A stretch of 64,000 nucleotides of DNA from Paraglomus brasilianum (GCA_910592345.1 CAJVPI010000045.1:1-64000); one strand, 5' to 3'. Shown: positions 39,158-53,450, counted from the first letter of the stretch. The notes: a model not told the origin generated them from the sequence alone. A program made the numbers and translations.

Positions 39158-42100
39158 GAATCCATATTTGAGGCGAATCACATTATCCATGTCCTTTTGT
39201 GTTTCTCAGACTATTTCGCCATATTTTCGTGCCGCTTGTCTAATTCTTTCATGGATTCCTTCCTCTTACATTGCCGGCACCATATCATTGTTCAAAAACC
39301 ATCCACAATCGTCATAAACATTTCCTGATACTATTTCCAATTTTTACCCAAAGACGCGAAAGATAATATGCCATATTTTTCCCAAAAAGAGATACTTTGG
39401 AATCCGGCAACCCGTCGAGCATGTGTATATGATTCGCACCTTCTCCCACTTCATAGCGGTTGGGGGGATTTACTATCTTGATCGAATATCTTATATAATA
39501 CATACATATATTGTATTTGAGCGTGAAATCTCTGCCCCAATTTCTTTTGGAACCATTAGTCATTATAGTATACGACGTATAGTCAAGATTATATAATATC
39601 ACAGGCAATCTTCATACCGTCTTCATTTCGATTGGTGGTGCATAGTTATGGGGAGGGGGGGAGATAGTCGATTGAGCTGACGTGTCGGTATGATGCAGTG
39701 TCGGCAGTCGCGCTGATAGAGAAGTATGGCTATTGCCAAATTGCATAACCTTTCGAGGTGTTGATAGGCGGTGATTCGTTGGGTTTAGTGATGTTTCATT
39801 AAGGAGTGGAGGGAGGTGGTGAAGGTGGCGAAGTGAAGGGAAGGGAAGAGCGGCTAAGATAGTTTACGCCAATGTTCTGATCTGTCATTCCCTTTGCCTA
39901 CGCCGATATATTTACTGTTCGATCGATTACCACAGAGTCCCTACATGATTATTTATTAGCGCACCCTATTAGAAATAAATCAAATATATATATCCACTAT
40001 CTTCTGTTTCGATTGCACCATAACATGATAGATACAGCTTAACGTTTTTCTAACCGGTATATCGTGCATGTGCCCTTTTTTGTTGGCGACTTACCTTTTC
40101 TCTACCTAATGTCGTAGACAAAGTGGGTAAACATACACGACGTGACTTGACATATGAAAGTAGATTGCCATGTGCTTGCTAGAACAATCCGATGCGTAAG
40201 TATTTAAGTGTATTCGACGTGTGGTATGCAGGGTTGCATGAGTTTCATATCAATGTGGTGATAAGGAAATGCACCATTCGTAGATGGAGTTGAGTAGGAC
40301 GATTGACCTTCCACGCCGTCGTGTTTAAGTTCCTCATAACAGGGATGAATGATTTGAACGTTGGAATAAAGGTTTATGGAAGAGAGACGATGTAATACAA
40401 GAAGCACATTATGTTTAAGTTTGTGAGCCTAGGATGAGATTTTATGAGAAAGAAGTGGCTATGTTTACGAGAGGAATACTTTCACTCACGTAATAGGACT
40501 ATCGGGAAAAGCCCATGTCAACAACACTCAAGCTCGTTGGAGTAGGAAGTCTAGGAAAGGTTAATATGGAAAAGAAGCGGTTGCGTTTATCATGAGACCG
40601 CGTAATACAGCAGGACTATCGGACGGAAAGATATTCTATTAGCATTATTATTATATTTGTGATCCACAGAACGTAAAAGCGGATAATTTGGTTGGTCCGT
40701 GTGTTACTGTAGAAATTTAATGAACCACGCGTTTAAAACAATCAAGGGTTCAGTATCGTATTACATCACCGTGTCTTGTCTCCTTTAATAGAAGTGATCG
40801 GTTGGCGATCGAATAGTTGAGATATCAGATATTAATTGACATGAGTACATTAATAAATACATTAACCATATTATGTGACAATATCGAGTCGTAACATTTA
40901 TGGCAATTTCATAATTACTAAACTCGAGCCTTAACATAGGATTGGATGATACGGACGCAGCAATTACGATAAGAATGTGCCCCCATCTTTTGCTTATATG
41001 CTATCTTCGTTCGCTCCCCTTATAATTAAGACAAAACATGTATCCTCAGCAATATAATAATAAGGACAAAATACGTCCTCATCAACACCCAGACATTTTA
41101 TATATGGTACTAGATATTGTACCAAATACATTAAGAGCTAGGTCATTAAGACCTATACCTACACTCTTAGAGGGTATCATAGAGCAGAGCCTTTTGCTCC
41201 TACATCTCCAATCTGATTATTTGAAACCTCTCTTTGCCCACCCTCTCTATAAACTCACCCAAGGGTCAAACTCACCCAACAAACCCACCCAAGGGCCAAA
41301 AATTTATCGACAATATCCCACTCAGCAGCCGAGTGGTCGAGGAAGTGAAGAAGGGGAAAAGAATGGCGGATGAAATTACAACTTTTGGAAACCATTGCAT
41401 ACGATATCCAAGAAGAAATGGAGCGCTCCCGGCCTGATAGCAGCGGCGATTTATAGAGGCAGGTTAATCCCTATACCTGCCAAGAAAAATATGGTTTCAT
41501 AAACAAGCGGCGGAAGTTTCCCGGGGCGGCCGAGTGGAAGTGGTTTATCTTTTTTATTATTATTATAATTAGTTGTTTGAATTTAGTATCAACAGTTCGA
41601 GATATTGTAGATATTATTGATAGACACGTCAAATGGTCTATCAATGGGACAATTTATGGGTGGCGATGTTCATCTTGTTCTTTTCGTTATTTCTTTTACT
41701 GTTCCAGTAGATCATTCTTCTATTTCTTATTCATGTATTTCTTTCCAATATTGATTGGCACTTCAAACTTAATCACATACTGTCAATAAAGATTTCAATC
41801 TTTGGTATTTAATCTATTAGTCCCAAATTTCGAACTAAGATGAGAAATTCAGTCACATATGTTGCAGCTGGGTGTTCATAAATGAATTTTCTCGAAACTA
41901 AACGATATAACCTAAGTCTCCTACCGGGGCAGTTTGACGATTAATATAGAATGGCTGGGTACTTCTGTTGTACACTTGTAATAACTGGAAACAAACCAAC
42001 TTGGATACAACTGAAACAGTCGTGCTCGATCACAACCGCATGCGTCTTATCATATATGGGTCTTTTCACAGCCTCTTAATCGTTTCGGCAGTTTCTACAT

Positions 42101-43235
42101 GCTATAGAATAAAATGATAGTTACTATCAGAAATCACATTTGAGTTGATCAGATGTGTCAGGTGTAGGATTATTAACTTACATGTAAAGTTTTCCATTCT
42201 TCCCAGACTTGTCAGATTATGCAGTAGATGAGAAGATAAACCCGAATTTATGTTCGTGGAAAAAACTTGGTGCTTCGGTCATTCCCTTAATAATTAAATA
42301 CTGTATATAGTCTTGTCTGATCCGTGCCTTCTAAGCGCATATGAACGCTCCAATCTAATCTTCCATACCTTCACTTCTTGTAACTGGCGCTTTCGATTAC
42401 AAGGGACATCATATCGTTCATTGTATTCTGCGTGATCGATGACCGAGTAAAGTATCCCATTTATATAATAAAGTGCTGTTCGAATATGTCCTCTCCCGTC
42501 AGCCTGACCAATTGTGCTGCTTGGTATTAATGGTGGCATTTTAAGTAAAATACAGCCTTTTTGTTCATCAAGCACTTACCATCTCGCTTTCCCGTTGATA
42601 TTCTCGATGCCAGACAACAATGCGCTAATTGAGACTATTATCGTTGTTAGCAATGATATCTAATCTCCATTTGCAATCGCCTATTTCCGATGGAATAGAC
42701 TGGTTCAACACTAACCGGAAGAAACGCTCCGCCTGCTAATTGTCATTCTCAAGTTATGATTCCACCTCCTAGGGCGTATGGTAGCTCTGTGTCTGCAATA
42801 AATTAAGTTTTCCTTAAGTATCCATCATCCGAGTCTATCCTCACAAATTTCATATCCAAGTTTCTTCCCTTCTGGATGTTCCGATGCTAAAACAATAACT
42901 CTTACCACGATACAATTTGTTGTTACAAGCGCACATCAGCCACTCCTCTACGATATCTCTACTTGTAAAGCGAAGCCTGATAAGAAAAAGTAATCCTGAC
43001 GATACATAATACAATATTCGAATAAGGATTCACGGGTGATTGCAATTGTAATTGTAAATCGGAACCAAAGTTTTAACGTATCCACTCAATTAAACCCCAC
43101 ATAGAAAACAGAAGCAATGGCTCACGTTTTTATAGTCCTTCCGTTGTATATGCAGGAAGAATGCACGCGACACTTTAACATCGACAGTGCTTTAACAAGT
43201 GTCCCATATTTGTGGATTGATTCTCCAATGAGGAT
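39158..43235. repeat. Diverged segmental duplication, copy B (inverted relative to 1730-4885)
   Basis: See copy A. The 42030-43170 portion is also repeated in direct orientation at 49820-51915. Confidence 0.9.
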
Positions 43236-43674
43236 GGAGCTCAGCATGATCCCTAAATTTGGTTATTACTAGTGTAACGACAATTTATCACCCTATTTCA
43301 TCATATTCATATGTTAATATCGCTCCCAGTTTTCCTACCAACCCAATGCTATTAGAATGGCAACTATCGACTCCTACATTCGATGAAAATCACTCGAATT
43401 TTCAAACAGTAAAACAATCCTTTCTAGCATCTCCTGATGATGCATACCCATATAGCGGGTTTTACGAATTTAAGAAAGCAGCTTGCTATGTGTCAGGTAT
43501 ATATATATCCGCATCGTTAAAATAAATTGCATCCTTGATTTAACAAACCGTTTTTCGTTCAGGAGATACTAATGGTCCCATAACCTCAACAGCTTGTAGA
43601 GAAACTGTTGACTTATAAACAAGAACTCGCCAACCTCCCAAATGCTATGTTGATGCTTTCTTCTGCCGCATTGC

Positions 43675-44040
43675 TAATTTCTCGCTGGTTTCTTGAAAAC
43701 TACGCCGCGATTAAACAAGACAGTATTGGGACTTTCTCTCTAAACCTTCAAACATCGAAGTGTTAAAGGCCTTTGTGAGACTTCGATCTCAAGGGGATAA
43801 AAATCTAGAAGACAAGCATCATGCCCTTTTTCCTCTTCAGAAAAGAATCGATGAAGCTTGAGAGAAATTTTAGACTGCCGTGGGAGAAGCTCAGCAGATT
43901 GAGAGAATAATGGAGACTTTTGCAACAGCTTATTCTGCTTCGGGCCACGTACGTTGATGATCAATATGCGGTTATTTATCATGTTATCTACACGTCACTT
44001 GTATTGTTGTGGCTGTCATATACAAAGCGGCGGATGAGAG
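43675..44040 (+). pseudogene. Sec7-domain Arf-GEF fragment (Gea1/2-GBF1-like)
   Basis: AGFLKTTPRLNKTVL-GDFLSKPSNIEVLKAFVRL...KRIDEA...FRLP-GEAQQIERIMETFATAY, the Sec7 catalytic FRLPGE motif broken by frameshifts. Confidence 0.88.
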
Positions 44041-44200
44041 ACCAAGGCGTCATTCTATTTGATGGTAGATTGATAGATAATAACCTGGCGATCTCTATTA
44101 AGGTAAAGTATTCGATGATTGCAAAGTCATTTCGATCAACATGTTAAAGATGTATTATACTGTATTAGATTTCCGAAGGCGGAGTCAATGAAAGAAAGAT

Positions 44201-44365
44201 GTCCTAATAGACGCGGTTTTTATCCGGACCGAACCGCATTCACAGAGAATCAAGGTTAAACTGACTATACAAAAGGAAATCCATGCATCGACTGCATTAC
44301 ACCAAGCGTTCGAAATAGAGTATATTGTCAGTAACCAGCAGTGTGGTGATTGCACGAAAGTATGA
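44201..44365 (+). pseudogene. NMD3: NMD3 (60S export adaptor) internal fragment
   Basis: VLIDAVFIRTEPHSQRIKVKLTIQKEIHASTALHQAFEIEYIVSNQQCGDCTKV* matches the NMD3 motif LIDA.FIWTEPHS.RIKVKLTIQKE...QQC.DC. Confidence 0.9.
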
Positions 44366-45479
44366 CAATTTTGTGATAATAGTCCGTACGACCTTACTAA
44401 TGTCTCGATTATTAAAGGTAAGAATTAGTTGTCTTAATCACTGGATATCCATTATATAATGGAAGATAGATCTTGCCTACCAAGTTTTAACATATTCACT
44501 CGAAAATTTTCTTTAATTCGCCTTTTATTATTTCTATTTCTAATAACCCCGGATATGGCCCTTGCTCAGGGCGTTTCCGATTAGCAGGCTTTGCAAATGT
44601 GTTTATTTGCTATTTAATAGAAGAATGGCAGTGAAATACCGTCTGATATTAGTCACCAAAGGAATAAGTAGATTAATCTTGGGATGGGCTCTGTTCATGT
44701 TAAGAGCAAGTCCAGGCGGAAAGTCAACGCCGGGAAAAACGCCAGATTTTTTACCTCTCAAGTCTCAATAAGTCACGTCTTACGTTCCCGGAAATAGCAG
44801 ACAGTCTCGTTGCGGATAAGGAAATTGAAATGGAAGATCGTCGCGATATTTGGAAAGTGTACATCACTATATCTGGCTATAATTTAAAATGACCTTTCGC
44901 TGTTCGCATGTTAAACCGCTAAGACTATTCGAAATCTACCGACGTAACTATGTCACGAGCTATGAAGAAAACAGGCCGATTTATCGAAGACTCGACAGAC
45001 AAATCTCACAAAGGTGGAGGGGTAGATATATAGGAGTGGTGAGTATAGTTCACATATTGCTCCTTGCATTATTTGCCCTCATTCACTAAAAGTCATTTTC
45101 TCGTTGAATGTTACAACTCGAAGTTGGCTCGGCCATCGTAACGTTATATCAAAGTATTGTAAAACCGTCTGTAGGGGGGGGGGGGGTGATAAAGTCGTTC
45201 AGGTTTGCATCAACGAACACTTGTCTATTTCACTCGTAGGCACTTGCATCATAGAATTAATATATGTTATTATTTTTTTTGTAGAAAATTCACAGAACAT
45301 GGTTCGAATTTGTACCATTCGACCTGTCCTCAGTTGGTATTTGAAACCGTACATGCAGAACTGGTTTTATTGTAGACAGGTAATTATTTGATTACTCGTG
45401 GCTTACATAATTTGGCACGCTTATACATTAACTTCTATTTGTTTCAGGCGAGCAGTAACTAAAGTCGAGCGAAGCTCGA

Positions 45480-45680
45480 GCTGATGCTTCCACCTCTTTT
45501 TCAAACCGTTCTTTCAATCGGTCTCAGAGACTTCTGTAAAGTGCTTCAGACAACAAAAGGGAAAGGGCTTGAGAACGTTTGCCAATTCGTATCTCGTGCT
45601 TTTCTGACAAAACTTTCCTCCGGTTGCTTCAACAATTGAGGCAGATTGAGAGGTTTTGACCAACGATTAGGTTTAAAGGT
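45480..45680 (-). pseudogene. Possible HMG-box fragment
   Basis: RPLN... and IRIGKRSQALS...YRSL*DRLKERFEKEVEA resemble HMG helices 2-3; weak. Confidence 0.35.
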
Positions 45681-46599
45681 CTATTACGTATATGAAATAA
45701 GTTTCCAGACGGAACTTGTGCATACTACGTTTTGGGTGATTTAGTCTAAACTTTATTACGTCGTTGTCCGTGTCGATTTCAATTGAAAGCCTATCAGGCA
45801 TTTGCAAATTGTAATATGTAATTGTTGTCTAATGTCGGGCAGTGTAAGCCCTTATTGTTAGTGCAAACGCGTTTTGCAATTGATATTGTGTGCGTGATGC
45901 TTTTTATTCTGCTGCATAAAAGTAAGATCACGCAAGTGGAGTTGGCTCACCCGAGATTAATGGAAGTACGTGTGAGATATTAATATGTACCCGTCCTGCC
46001 ATTCCGCTCCGACGAGGTAATAGTAAATTAAATGTGAATCACTTGATTATTTGCTAACAGTTTATTATATATATGCTCTGAACATTCAATTACTGTGAAC
46101 ATGAAGAACTCAAAGAAATAATCCCCAAGTCTCCCGACACATATTGAAAGACAGTAGCAGTAATTGATAATTAATAAATCATTATAAGGTTATATTGTCG
46201 TATTTAGACGACCGATTACAGGATTTAGGAAATGTGCCCAAGCTAACTAAATTCCTAACGGAACCTTTGTTAACTATATTATTCCCACCAGTGCTGTAAC
46301 TTGATTGTATTTGAAGACTCAAACAGCTAAAAAAGGAATCCGATTCTAAAGCTTGTATAATATTCTTTGCGGTTGAGAAACACTATCCCTCTTAGTTTCA
46401 ACGTTGTTATCTCATTTGGTTCCATCTCTAACATAATATATTGTTAGCGTAACTGCACTATCTGGTTCAATGTTTAATGATGCATTTAGATCATATAACG
46501 ATCATCATGATTGCTGTAAACTTTCCCCCTTAACCTCAGCGCAATGGCAGTTTAATTGTCAAATGAAGTAGATCTCTTGTCATTGGATCGGGAGTGGGG

Positions 46600-46950
46600 G
46601 TAAACCATAATTTATCGGCAGATAATATAATGGTTCGTTATAATAATAACCGATTGAGGTCGTTTAGAGCATCGCCGTATTGTTAATATTGTCGAAGGCA
46701 GAATTCGCTGCCATTTTCGCTCTTAACAAGATAGTACTGTACTTATTATTGATCGAGGAGACTTTGGGATTGATATTGCGACTGTGGCCGTGTTTGAAAG
46801 CTGTGTTTGATGCTGCACGCGTTTGTATTTGATGCTGTTGAGCTTGAAGCTGCTGCATCTGCGTTGTGTTTTGTTTGTGTATGTTGCGTTGGGCAAACAT
46901 CTTCTCGGTTTTTGTGATAATTAATATGACTTATGTTTGCTTTGAGTAGA
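46600..46950 (-). pseudogene. Paralog of the minus-strand remnant at 6700-7640, lacking its tandem repeat
   Basis: cagaattcg..cgctcttaacaagata.tact (6759 vs 46698), tgctgttgagctt..gctgctg.atctg (7465 vs 46833) and cttatgt.tgctttgagt (7618 vs 46930). Confidence 0.7.
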
Positions 46951-47959
46951 GCAGTTTAAGTTGGTGTGTTTCTAACTCTTTAATTTACGCGAAATTCATA
47001 GGAAGACTTCTCTATGATTGGCTGAAATCAACAATGGGAAAATCCAAAAAGGGCACTTTTAAATTCTCTCTTTGACCGAACTAGCTCTTCGAATAAATCC
47101 CGATGGTCATAACAATTAACACTATCAACGATTCTGTCTGAATCATCCGAAGGTGTTTCAGTTCACAGTCTAACGATATGCATTTCGACAAGTAAGAATT
47201 AATCCCGATGCTGTTAGCATTGATTGTGACATCGGAAAATCGAATACATTCCTCTTTGAATTAGCAATATACTGAATATGTTTCAGATAACAAAGAAAGC
47301 AGCACAGAAACACCAGTTGCTTAGATGAATTGCAAGTTTATTAATAAACCCAGTTAATCAAGCGACATTTATCTTCAGACTCACATTGCAGATTTCTTCA
47401 ACTATATAATAAGGCTATATTTTCCTGATTAATTCTCTTGTAAGAGCCTTAATGATTGTTCCAACATATCTAGCATACCTAGAAAAGACAATACTGTACT
47501 TCCTCTTTCTTGGTATCTATTTCTCCACTCCTCCTCCTTCATACCTGCGTCATTTTAATGCATGTTATATAATAGTGTGTCGAATCTGTTGGTTAACACT
47601 GCGTTTAACAGTTAGGGCACATAGTCTCAACTTTCCTTGAATGTTCAGAGAGTGTTATTTTCTATATGCCTTTGCTTTTTTGGTTAGCTAACGGTTTAAG
47701 GAAGCGAATAGTAAATTTGGATTGTTTTTTTCATTGCGTAAATGTTATTTTCCGAAAACTACTTTTAAATAATGCCCCTTTTAAATAGATTTACGACAGC
47801 CAATCATAGGGAAGTCCCGAAATAGTTCAGCAAATTCACATGCACAAAAGCACAGAAAATCAGGGTCCAACCCATGTGAAAAGCTGTATAACACGTGTTA
47901 ACGACTGCATTTTGTTTTAATTTTTGTTACACGTTTATTAACTTTATGTTCAACACACA

Positions 47960-49051
47960 ATGATTAATCAACGTTATATGACAATAACCTCTTTGTGGGA
48001 GGTGGCACGCGTGATGATGACACTTTGCACAAATTAACTTCTGTTCCACTTTCCACTGTATACAAATATATCAAAAAAACTTAAAAATAATATTTCTTTA
48101 AACCCTCTGCTCCGATCTAGCAGGCCAAGAAAGTTTTCCCCTAACAGCGTCGGCATCTTGGCCAGCTTGTCTCAGCAAACAAATACTCTACGAGCACTGA
48201 ACTCTCGAATACTTTAAATGATCATCATCCTAACTTAAATGTTAGTAGTCGGACAGTACTCAATAAACTCCATAACCTCCAATATCACCACAGTTCCAAA
48301 ATCCATTCCTCTTCTTACAACCACTCATAAACAAAAAATCGAGTGGCATTTGCCATAAAATACAAGAAACAAAATTGGAACAAGGTCATATTTTCTGATG
48401 AAACTACGTTCCAGATGTTTCGAAATACTCAAAAAGTATTTTACAAAAATGGCACTCAGCCTCCAAGTAAGGCCATGGTAAAACACCCCCATAAAGTTCA
48501 CGCATGGGGTGCCTTCTCAGTAAAAGGTCCTGTTGGCTTTTTTCTTTTCACAGATATTATGGACGGTACTCTTCATCATAAGATTTTAACTGAAAATCTT
48601 TTTGATAATGCAAATGCTATTATGGAAAACAATTGGATGTTCCAACAAGATAATGATCCGAAGCATAAAGCTAAGGAAACCGTGGAACTCCTCATGCAGC
48701 GATGCCCAAAAATTATGGATTGGCCGTCTAATAGTCCAGATATTAAAATTTATGGGCAAGTTTAAAGAATTGTGTAGATAAACAAGTCAGTAAAAAAAAA
48801 AGCAATCACCAAAGATCCTTTTCGTGAGATAATTCAGAAAGAATGGAATTGGGTCGAAACTGAGACCTTTTGTTAATTTGGCTCGTAGAAGATTGGAGGA
48901 AATAATTGCAAGGAATGGTAATAAGATAAACTATTAAGCGGTCTTAAGTATCATATCATAGGCAGTATACCTGCAAATTTTTGTATATTTTAACCCGTTT
49001 TCGTTGTACTATAAATAAAAATGTCATTCTCATTACTTTTTTCGCGCACTG
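47960..49051 (+). mobile_element. Tc1/mariner transposon remnant: frameshifted transposase plus right terminus
   Basis: VPLSTVYKYIK..., [45 protein letters not shown] (LNPIE motif deleted/mutated). The right end attctcattacttttttcgcgcactg|ta resembles the end at 18909-18934; no left TIR found. Confidence 0.92.
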
Positions 49052-49819
49052 TATCTGCTCCATTATTACGGTGATCGATATATAAATATAGTTGCAATAT
49101 ATATCCAACGAAAAAATCTATTTCGGCCACAACCCCAGAAGTTCCTCATCTATCATTATCACTTTATTGTGTTATTTAATTCGTGGACAACCTCCTTGAA
49201 GGGCGTTTACAATCAAGAGGCACTATTACATCCGTCGAATCGATTGAAATGAGATAACCTCAATAGTGATAATAAAATCGTTTAATTGGGATTCTTCTTT
49301 AAAAATGCCGTCTTTTATCTCTCTTTATGTCTCTGTATCCCTGCATTCACCAAAGCAACTTAATGCTTCCTGAATCAATATTACAATCTCGGACGCTTTG
49401 AGAAAATCAGCGCATCAAGAATATGTAGCAGCGAGCGCGCAATTAGTCATTATCAACGAGGTGTAGGCAGGGGCAGAAATGTCCAGAAAGCGGCTGATCA
49501 AGAGTACCTATAGGCAGCGCGATGTTATAGAAGTGGAACCAGAGTGTGAGAAAGCGATCAGAAATCAGTAGAACAGGGGAACATCAGTACTTAATCAGAT
49601 GCCGCGATATTATTTGGTCAATGGTTCTTCCAAAGTCTCGTGTAAGCTCATCCTATAAGATACCATCCAATAATATACATCGCCAGTAAAGATCTCCGTG
49701 TCGTGTCTAATCTCTGCATACACAACTCGGGCACAAGCATTGTTGATTATATTATGTACCGGAAATTGGAAGGTTGGCTCCTTGATAGGTTTTGTGGCGG
49801 CCAGAGGACAATTGTCAGG

Positions 49820-51730
49820 CAACCGCGTCTTATCATAGCTCGGGTCTGTTCACATCTCTTAATTGTTTCGGCAGCTTCTACATGTTATAGAACCAAATCA
49901 TAGTTACTATCAGAAATGACATTTGAGTTAGTCTAGTATTATTGACTTCTTTTATATGTGAAGTTTTCTTTATCTTAGCTGCATACGTAATTGGACTTTA
50001 ATTTACACACCTAGTTCCGTATTCCACAATTATTGTCTCGTTCCAATTCAATTCAGGCTAAACCCTTCTTTTCGATTCCATCATTCTTTTCGGACTTGTC
50101 AGATCATGCAGTAGATGACAAGATAAACCCAAATTGTGCCCATAGAAAGAACTTGGTGCTTCAGTCATTTCCTTTATACAAAGTTTGGTAATGCAGGCAA
50201 AATTAAATACATCGTCTTTCCTGATTCAAACACATATGTTCGTTTTACATTGCATCAATGTGATCTTCCACACACCTTCATTTCTCTTATCGCCTTGCTT
50301 CTCGATTACAAAGGACATCGTTCATTGCATTCCGCGTGATCGACGATCGAGAAAATATCTCCACTTATATATACAGTGCTGTCGAATACGTCTATCAGTT
50401 TTAAATAATTTTGCAGCTTAATGATAGCTTTTTTGTTCATCAAGCACTTCTGCACTTACCATCGTTGAATCATTCTCGGCGCCCAAGGTAATGTGCTAAT
50501 CTCATGTGGTTGTGAATATTTTGTCTTATCCAAAAAAAGCGCACCGCCTGCTAATTGACATTCCCAAGTTATTCTTCCATCTACTAGTACGCCTAATTAC
50601 GACAACTCTATATGTGGAATAACTTACTTGCGGCAGTTTGCCCGAGAATCCCGTCATCCTCACAAAATTCTTGATGATTATTCGTATTGCTGGATGAAAT
50701 CTTGGTCGAACCCTCCGCATAGATCAAACCATGCGGGTCTTTCGATCGGCAGGTTGAAATAAATCTTCTGGAGACTTATGATTTCGAAAAGCCATGAAAG
50801 GGACGAATATTTAGAGACGACACGGCTACTAAAGTCCAACATAATAAATATTATAAATGCATGAAGCCCAAGCGTACATATGATCAATAATACAATGATG
50901 CTTACATTGATTAAATTATAGTCATCACGTCTTTGTGATTAATCTACATCTGTTGATAGTCGGTTCCATTCTCTTCTGAGGATGCTGGTGTTACTTCTAC
51001 TGACTCGTAGTCATCGGTCATTTTTATCTCCTCTTCTTGTTCTTCTTTATCATCGTCCTCCTCTTCCTCTCGCTCTCGTCCTCATTCTCACTTAATAGAA
51101 TTATAACGCAGTACTAAAACACGTATAATAAGCATATGTTAAACTTCACAACAATATCTAATCCTTGTACTTACCCTCTGCCTCTTCGTTCTCTTCTTCG
51201 TTGTCTTCCTCAGTCTCTTCTTCAGTTTCCTCTTTGCTCTTAGTAGAATCGTAGAAATTATCTAAAGCCTTTTCATAGCGAATATTCGGTCATATGAATC
51301 AACCTATGGGAGAAAAGGGCTCGTTTAAATAGAACAAAAATGAACGTAAAGTTTCTGGATATACATATTCCATTTATATACCGACGGATCAGATTTTTTG
51401 ATAGGCCAGTCGGGCAGCGGTTCGTACCGGGCAAGCGTGTGCTTACATGACCCTATTGGTAAGATAAGACCGTTAAAACGTACTCGATTACAAAATTGGT
51501 CAGTATATTTACGATATCATCGTATCAGAACATACCCATGCTTAGACTGCTGTGGGTGCCTCCTTGTCACAATCTAATCGTCTTCATCCGTTCAGTCAAT
51601 ATTCCCACACTTTTCGGGTGCAAAGTAGTAAACATTTTCGACCACTAATGGAACACCTTTGATAGAATGCAAATTCATATTTAACCCATAAGCGTATAGC
51701 GATAAGAAAAGGTAAATCCTAATGATCATT
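49820..51730 (-). pseudogene. Degenerate intron-containing gene with hydrophobic N-terminus and acidic segment; paralogs at 42030-43010 (-) and 1900-2100 (+)
   Basis: Starts MIIRIYLFLSLYAYGL... at ~51729; acidic EETEEETEEDNEEENEE; many direct-repeat matches to 42080-42850. Family not recognised. Confidence 0.55.
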
Positions 51731-52679
51731 TTGCGGATGATTGCAATTGTATCTGTTATTATAGCAAAACCGGAACCAAACTTTTATTGTATAACCCTTT
51801 TTGAAGCCCCCTACATAAAACACAGAATTAATTTAATGGCTCACGTTTTATAGCCCTTCAGTTGTGCATGTACGTGGAGAATAAGCGGAGCAGAAAGAAT
51901 GCGACGCGCGACATCTAGATGAAACGACTTTTACGCTTTCACACGTGATCCATTATTTTTCTAGTGCAACCCAATTTTGATTATTATTATTATTATGGGG
52001 ATAAATGCACAATCAATTTGCCTAATATTGTGAATACCTTAACTGAGGGTTGTGGTAGATTGTCGAAACGCTAGCAAATTTGAAACATTTATTATTATCT
52101 AGTATTACAAGAATCCCACTCGGAAAATCCCAATAACACGTCTCAAAATTAATCTTCTTAAATTGCTTTTAGAACATTAAAGCCACACTATGTCATAAAT
52201 TTATGAACCACAGTCTCAAATCAAATTTACTATAATAAGATTTTACGTTATTAATGTTAGTACGTTATGCGAAATGGACAAGACAGTTGCGAACATTCCT
52301 GGTGTCCCCTTCTTCATCCTCCACGAGACGTACATATCCTTTGTCTTTATCAGCATATTCTTCTGTAGTTTTAAGAGGAAACAATTCAAAAAGGCAATGA
52401 CTCCAGAGAACATACACTTGTAATGAGTATGGGGAATACATTTTTATCAATTCACGTGCCATCTATTACCCAATGAGAACTCAACCCGTAAATATAAACA
52501 GTTACTAAATTATTTAATATTAATACATTTACTCCGAGTTGGAAATTAAGCAAATTGTTTTCGGTATTTCTCTTAATGAACATTCCCGTTAATATTGATA
52601 AACGTTGTCATTTCAACACAGGTTAGTTGCAGGGGTAGTAGTGACTATGCTGTTATTAATTGCTAATGTATATATGCAT

Positions 52680-53450
52680 TCATGCACATTATCACTTAAA
52701 TATTTGTTGAGAAGTGTTTAGCACTTTCAATTACCATACATATTCACAAAAATACCAGTATCTTATTGTACTTGTTGGTGAATATGGCTGAAAAGAACTA
52801 ACTGAATTTGAGCAGAGTCATTATTGGCGGGTGGTTGTTTGGACACTCAGAACGGGAAATTGAGGAAAAAACTGCCCATCCAAAGACAACTGTTCATTGT
52901 ACTATTGAAAAATATTGTGAAACTGGTACAACAGCTCTCTTCTGCACAGCAGAAGACCACCAGTCTTGATAAGTGTCACCTTGAAATAATTGTTTGATCC
53001 CAATCATTGACAGACTACAAGACAAGTTCATCAACAACCGTTTACATAAAGGCTAAAGGCTATGCAACTAAATATTGGTGAATATTGTAATTGGTTTTCA
53101 CTTTCAATTATGTGTTGAATGGATTTTTTTTTTATTAGCAATTTTACTAAATTTTTATATATTATATTTAAATTAAGCTATTCACGAAAAGTTTTTGTAG
53201 TGCCTTTTATGCTCTTTTTGGGACAATTCTAAATGTTTATATTGCAAATTCTATTCTCTATTTTTGGTAACATGCTCTAAGTGAGCTTAGCATTCTACTA
53301 TTCAATCTATGATGATAATTTGCAGAAACATTAGCTATAACCTGCGCCAACGTTGGTATAAATTCCATGGCTATAGGACATCTCGGTTGTGAATTTATTC
53401 ATGATTAATAAAAATTGGAGGGGTGGTCCGTGACTTTTGAGACGGCACTG
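52680..53450 (+). mobile_element. Tc1-like remnant (N-terminal HTH plus right TIR)
   Basis: KELTEFE..VIIGGWLFGHSEREIEEKTAHPKTTVHCTIEKYCETG (52785-52930); terminus ccgtgacttttgagacggcactg at 53428-53450. Confidence 0.7.

Noticed and set aside
44525..44590. Helitron 3' end after the Sec7/NMD3 chimera
   Set aside because: Only a 5-bp stem (gccct/agggc) and no CTRR terminus at the expected distance.
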